Shown: positions 61,558 to 64,000 of the stretch, in pieces | Position numbering within the stretch: position 1 is the first letter of the stretch | How the letters are laid out: each line of letters begins with the position of its first letter | From: Selaginella moellendorffii | Taxonomy: Eukaryota; Plantae; Lycopodiophyta | Direction: 5' to 3' | Assembly (NCBI RefSeq): GCF_000143415.4 | Contig: NW_003314273.1 | Span: 1-64,000, forward strand | DNA length: 64,000 nucleotides | Position numbers and translations under genes: made by a program | The notes under the pieces: model-generated | Seen by the model: only the letters and a program-made list of their open reading frames with translations | Told to the model about the DNA's origin: nothing | Database searches by the model: none

Positions 61558-64000
61558 ATGAACGGGAGAACGCGCGGGAGCTCTCGGCCGGGATCAGCAG
61601 CGGCCGCGGTGCGCGCCTCCCACACGCCGATCAAGCCGCCGGCGGTGACGTGCCGGGAGCGCGTCCAGGTTGTGGTGCGATGCCGTCCAATGTCGCATCA
61701 GGAGGCCATGGATGGGCGCCAATGCTGCATTGTCGTTGATCAGCAGGAGAAAACCATAGAGGTGAGTGCTTGGATTGTCAGATTCCATCGAAATATTTTG
61801 GGAATTTGGAGTCTCTGCTTCTCCATTGACACGGTTTCTTGTGTTTAGGTGTCTGGCGATGGGAGGAGAGGCAGCAGCAACGATTCCAACATCAAAGTCT
61901 TTACATTCGATCGTGTGTATGATTCCAAGTGCACACAAAACCAGCTCTACCAGGAAGTGGCTCATCCGATCGTCCAGAGCGTCATGCACGGCTACAATGG
62001 AACCGTGTTGGCTTATGGCCAGACGGCCTCCGGAAAAACATACACTATGGAAGGATTTGATGACTCTCCAGGTAACAAACTTTCACTAGCTCCAGAGGTT
62101 GGGGATAGATCATAGCTTAGAAAAAAATCTGTTAGCTTTTCTATAGCATATAGCAGTTCTAACTACGAATTTTCCTTGTGTTACAGAGTTACGTGGTATA
62201 ATTCCTCACGCGTTTGAGGAAATTTTTTCTCACATATCTCAAAGCCAGAGTTCCGATCGTTTTCTCGTGAGAGCCTCCTACCTGGAGATTTACAACGAAG
62301 AGATCCGGGATCTCTTGGCACCAAGTACTTCGCCAGGGGCGAGACTGGAGCTAAAAGAGAGCCCGGACGCGGGTGTTTACGTGAGGAATCTCACTTGCCT
62401 GACCGTGCATAGCCTCTCGGACATCATTCGACTACTGATGGTGGCTATTTCATCTTTAATCCATTCTTTCTAAGTCACAGTAAGAACGGCAAGCTTGGTA
62501 AGATGGTTTTTGTTATTCTGGCTCTTGCTCAATGTTGGTTAGTAGCTTACAGGTTGGGAAAAAGAACCGATCTGTCGGAGCAACTCTTATGAACCAAGAC
62601 TCGTCGCGTTCGCATTCCATATTCACCATAACTGTGGAGACTAGTGTGGAGGATCCAGAAACTGGCTTGCACATACGAGTTGGGAAACTAAACCTGGTAT
62701 GCACGTTGAAGATTTCGTTTTCTCATCTTTAGGATTAACAACGCTCATTCAGGTCGATCTTGCTGGTAGTGAAAGAATGAGCAAAACTGGAGCTACTGGG
62801 GATAGATTGAAAGAGCTCACCAACATAAATTGGTCTCTTACAGCTCTTGGAAATGTCATCTCGGCCCTGGTTGATGGAAGGAGTACGCACATTCCCTACC
62901 GTGATTCGAAGCTGACCAGGCTCTTGCAAGACTCACTCGGTGGGAATACAAGGACTGTCATGGTGGCAAACATTGGACCTGCTGATTATAACTATGAAGA
63001 GTCCGTCAGCACACTACGGTATGCCAATCGTGCAAAGAGCATTAAGAACAAACCGCGTATCAACGAGGATCCAAAGGACGCGTTGCTGCGGGAGTTCCAG
63101 GCTGAAATTATCAGGTTCATTGGCTTGATATGTGTTCTCAAGCTTATGAACTCTGAAAATTGTGTTAACAGGTTAAAAGCGCAGCTTAGTGGCGATGCTG
63201 TTAACGATTTGACCAAGGAAATCTGTACGCTAAAGAACGAGAAAGAAATGGTGGAAAAGAACTTGAGAAACTTGAGGCAGCAAGCTGGAGTTGATCCTTA
63301 CCTGTGCCAGTCATTCAGTGAACAAGCCATTTCATACATTAAAGCGGATTTAGAGAAAAAGGTAAGCCTCGTCAAAAAACACGCCATGTTGGTATGAAAG
63401 GGTCCGTGTTTTGCAGGCGCATTTCGACATTGAGTGCTTGCGAGCAGAAAAGGAGCGTTCAGACGAAGAGAAGCAGAAACTGACGGAGCAGCTGCTCAAG
63501 CAGTTGAAGGACATGCAAACCCATTATGAGGTATGCGGAATGAAACATGGTTGCTTTTATTAGGCTATTTTTTCTCTTGTGCAGTCGTTTGCCAAGGAAA
63601 AAGAAGACCGTGATTTCCTAACTAATAAGCTGAGAGCTTTGGAGGACAAAGTTTTGCATGGTTCCAACAACGATAACGAGAAGCTGGTGGAGAAAGCAAA
63701 GCAGCAGGAGGAAGAGCTTGCTCTTTACCAGCATCATATCCAAGAACGGCAGCAACTGGATGAAGAGCGCCAGCGGAAGATAGCAGAGCTTGAGGTAAAA
63801 AAGGAAACACGCTTTTGCATTTTCCACTCACTTGGGACGTCGCGTGTGACAGGACGCACAACTGATGGCCGAGGTGAAGTGCAGCACAATGGAGGAAGAG
63901 TTGGAAATGAAAACGACCAAATTTCGAAAGCTGATGGCGTGTTACCAGCAGAGCAAAGCCGACTTAGCCTCGTTGCGGACGGAGCTGCAGGACACAATCC
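61558..64000 (+). CDS. Kinesin-2 (KIF3/FLA10-like) motor, truncated by window end
   Basis: [52 protein letters not shown] and the kinesin-2-type neck [19 protein letters not shown], followed by coiled coil. Confidence 0.92.

Overview
Eukaryotic plant nuclear DNA. Very short introns, tight gene packing, kinesin-2 and PPR fragments suggest a flagellate-sperm land plant such as the lycophyte Selaginella (inference only). Left half (1-32.4 kb) is a nested transposon block: an intron-containing Mutator-like transposase abuts a minus-strand chromoviral Ty3/gypsy element (family Z, two internal copies plus a lone LTR); a solo LTR with a ~1 kb repeat array sits in one Z LTR; a plus-strand Ty3/gypsy element (Y) sits in another Z LTR and carries a TRIM and a hAT transposon; much of this lies inside an older degenerate Ty3/gypsy element (X). 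Right half holds three trypsin-fold genes lacking catalytic residues, a mosaic of gene fragments, two tandem BAHD acyltransferases, a synaptotagmin gene plus a decayed copy, a tRNA-Ala(CGC), a terminal-ear1/MEI2-like RRM gene and a kinesin-2 gene that runs off the window. The main finding is that both internal Z copies carry two GT-AG intron-like inserts (47 and 52 nt) at identical positions in the integrase. Removing them restores the HPQT(D/N)GQxERVN and TQRFAxPY motifs, implying an LTR retrotransposon that needs splicing to make integrase but propagates from unspliced RNA.
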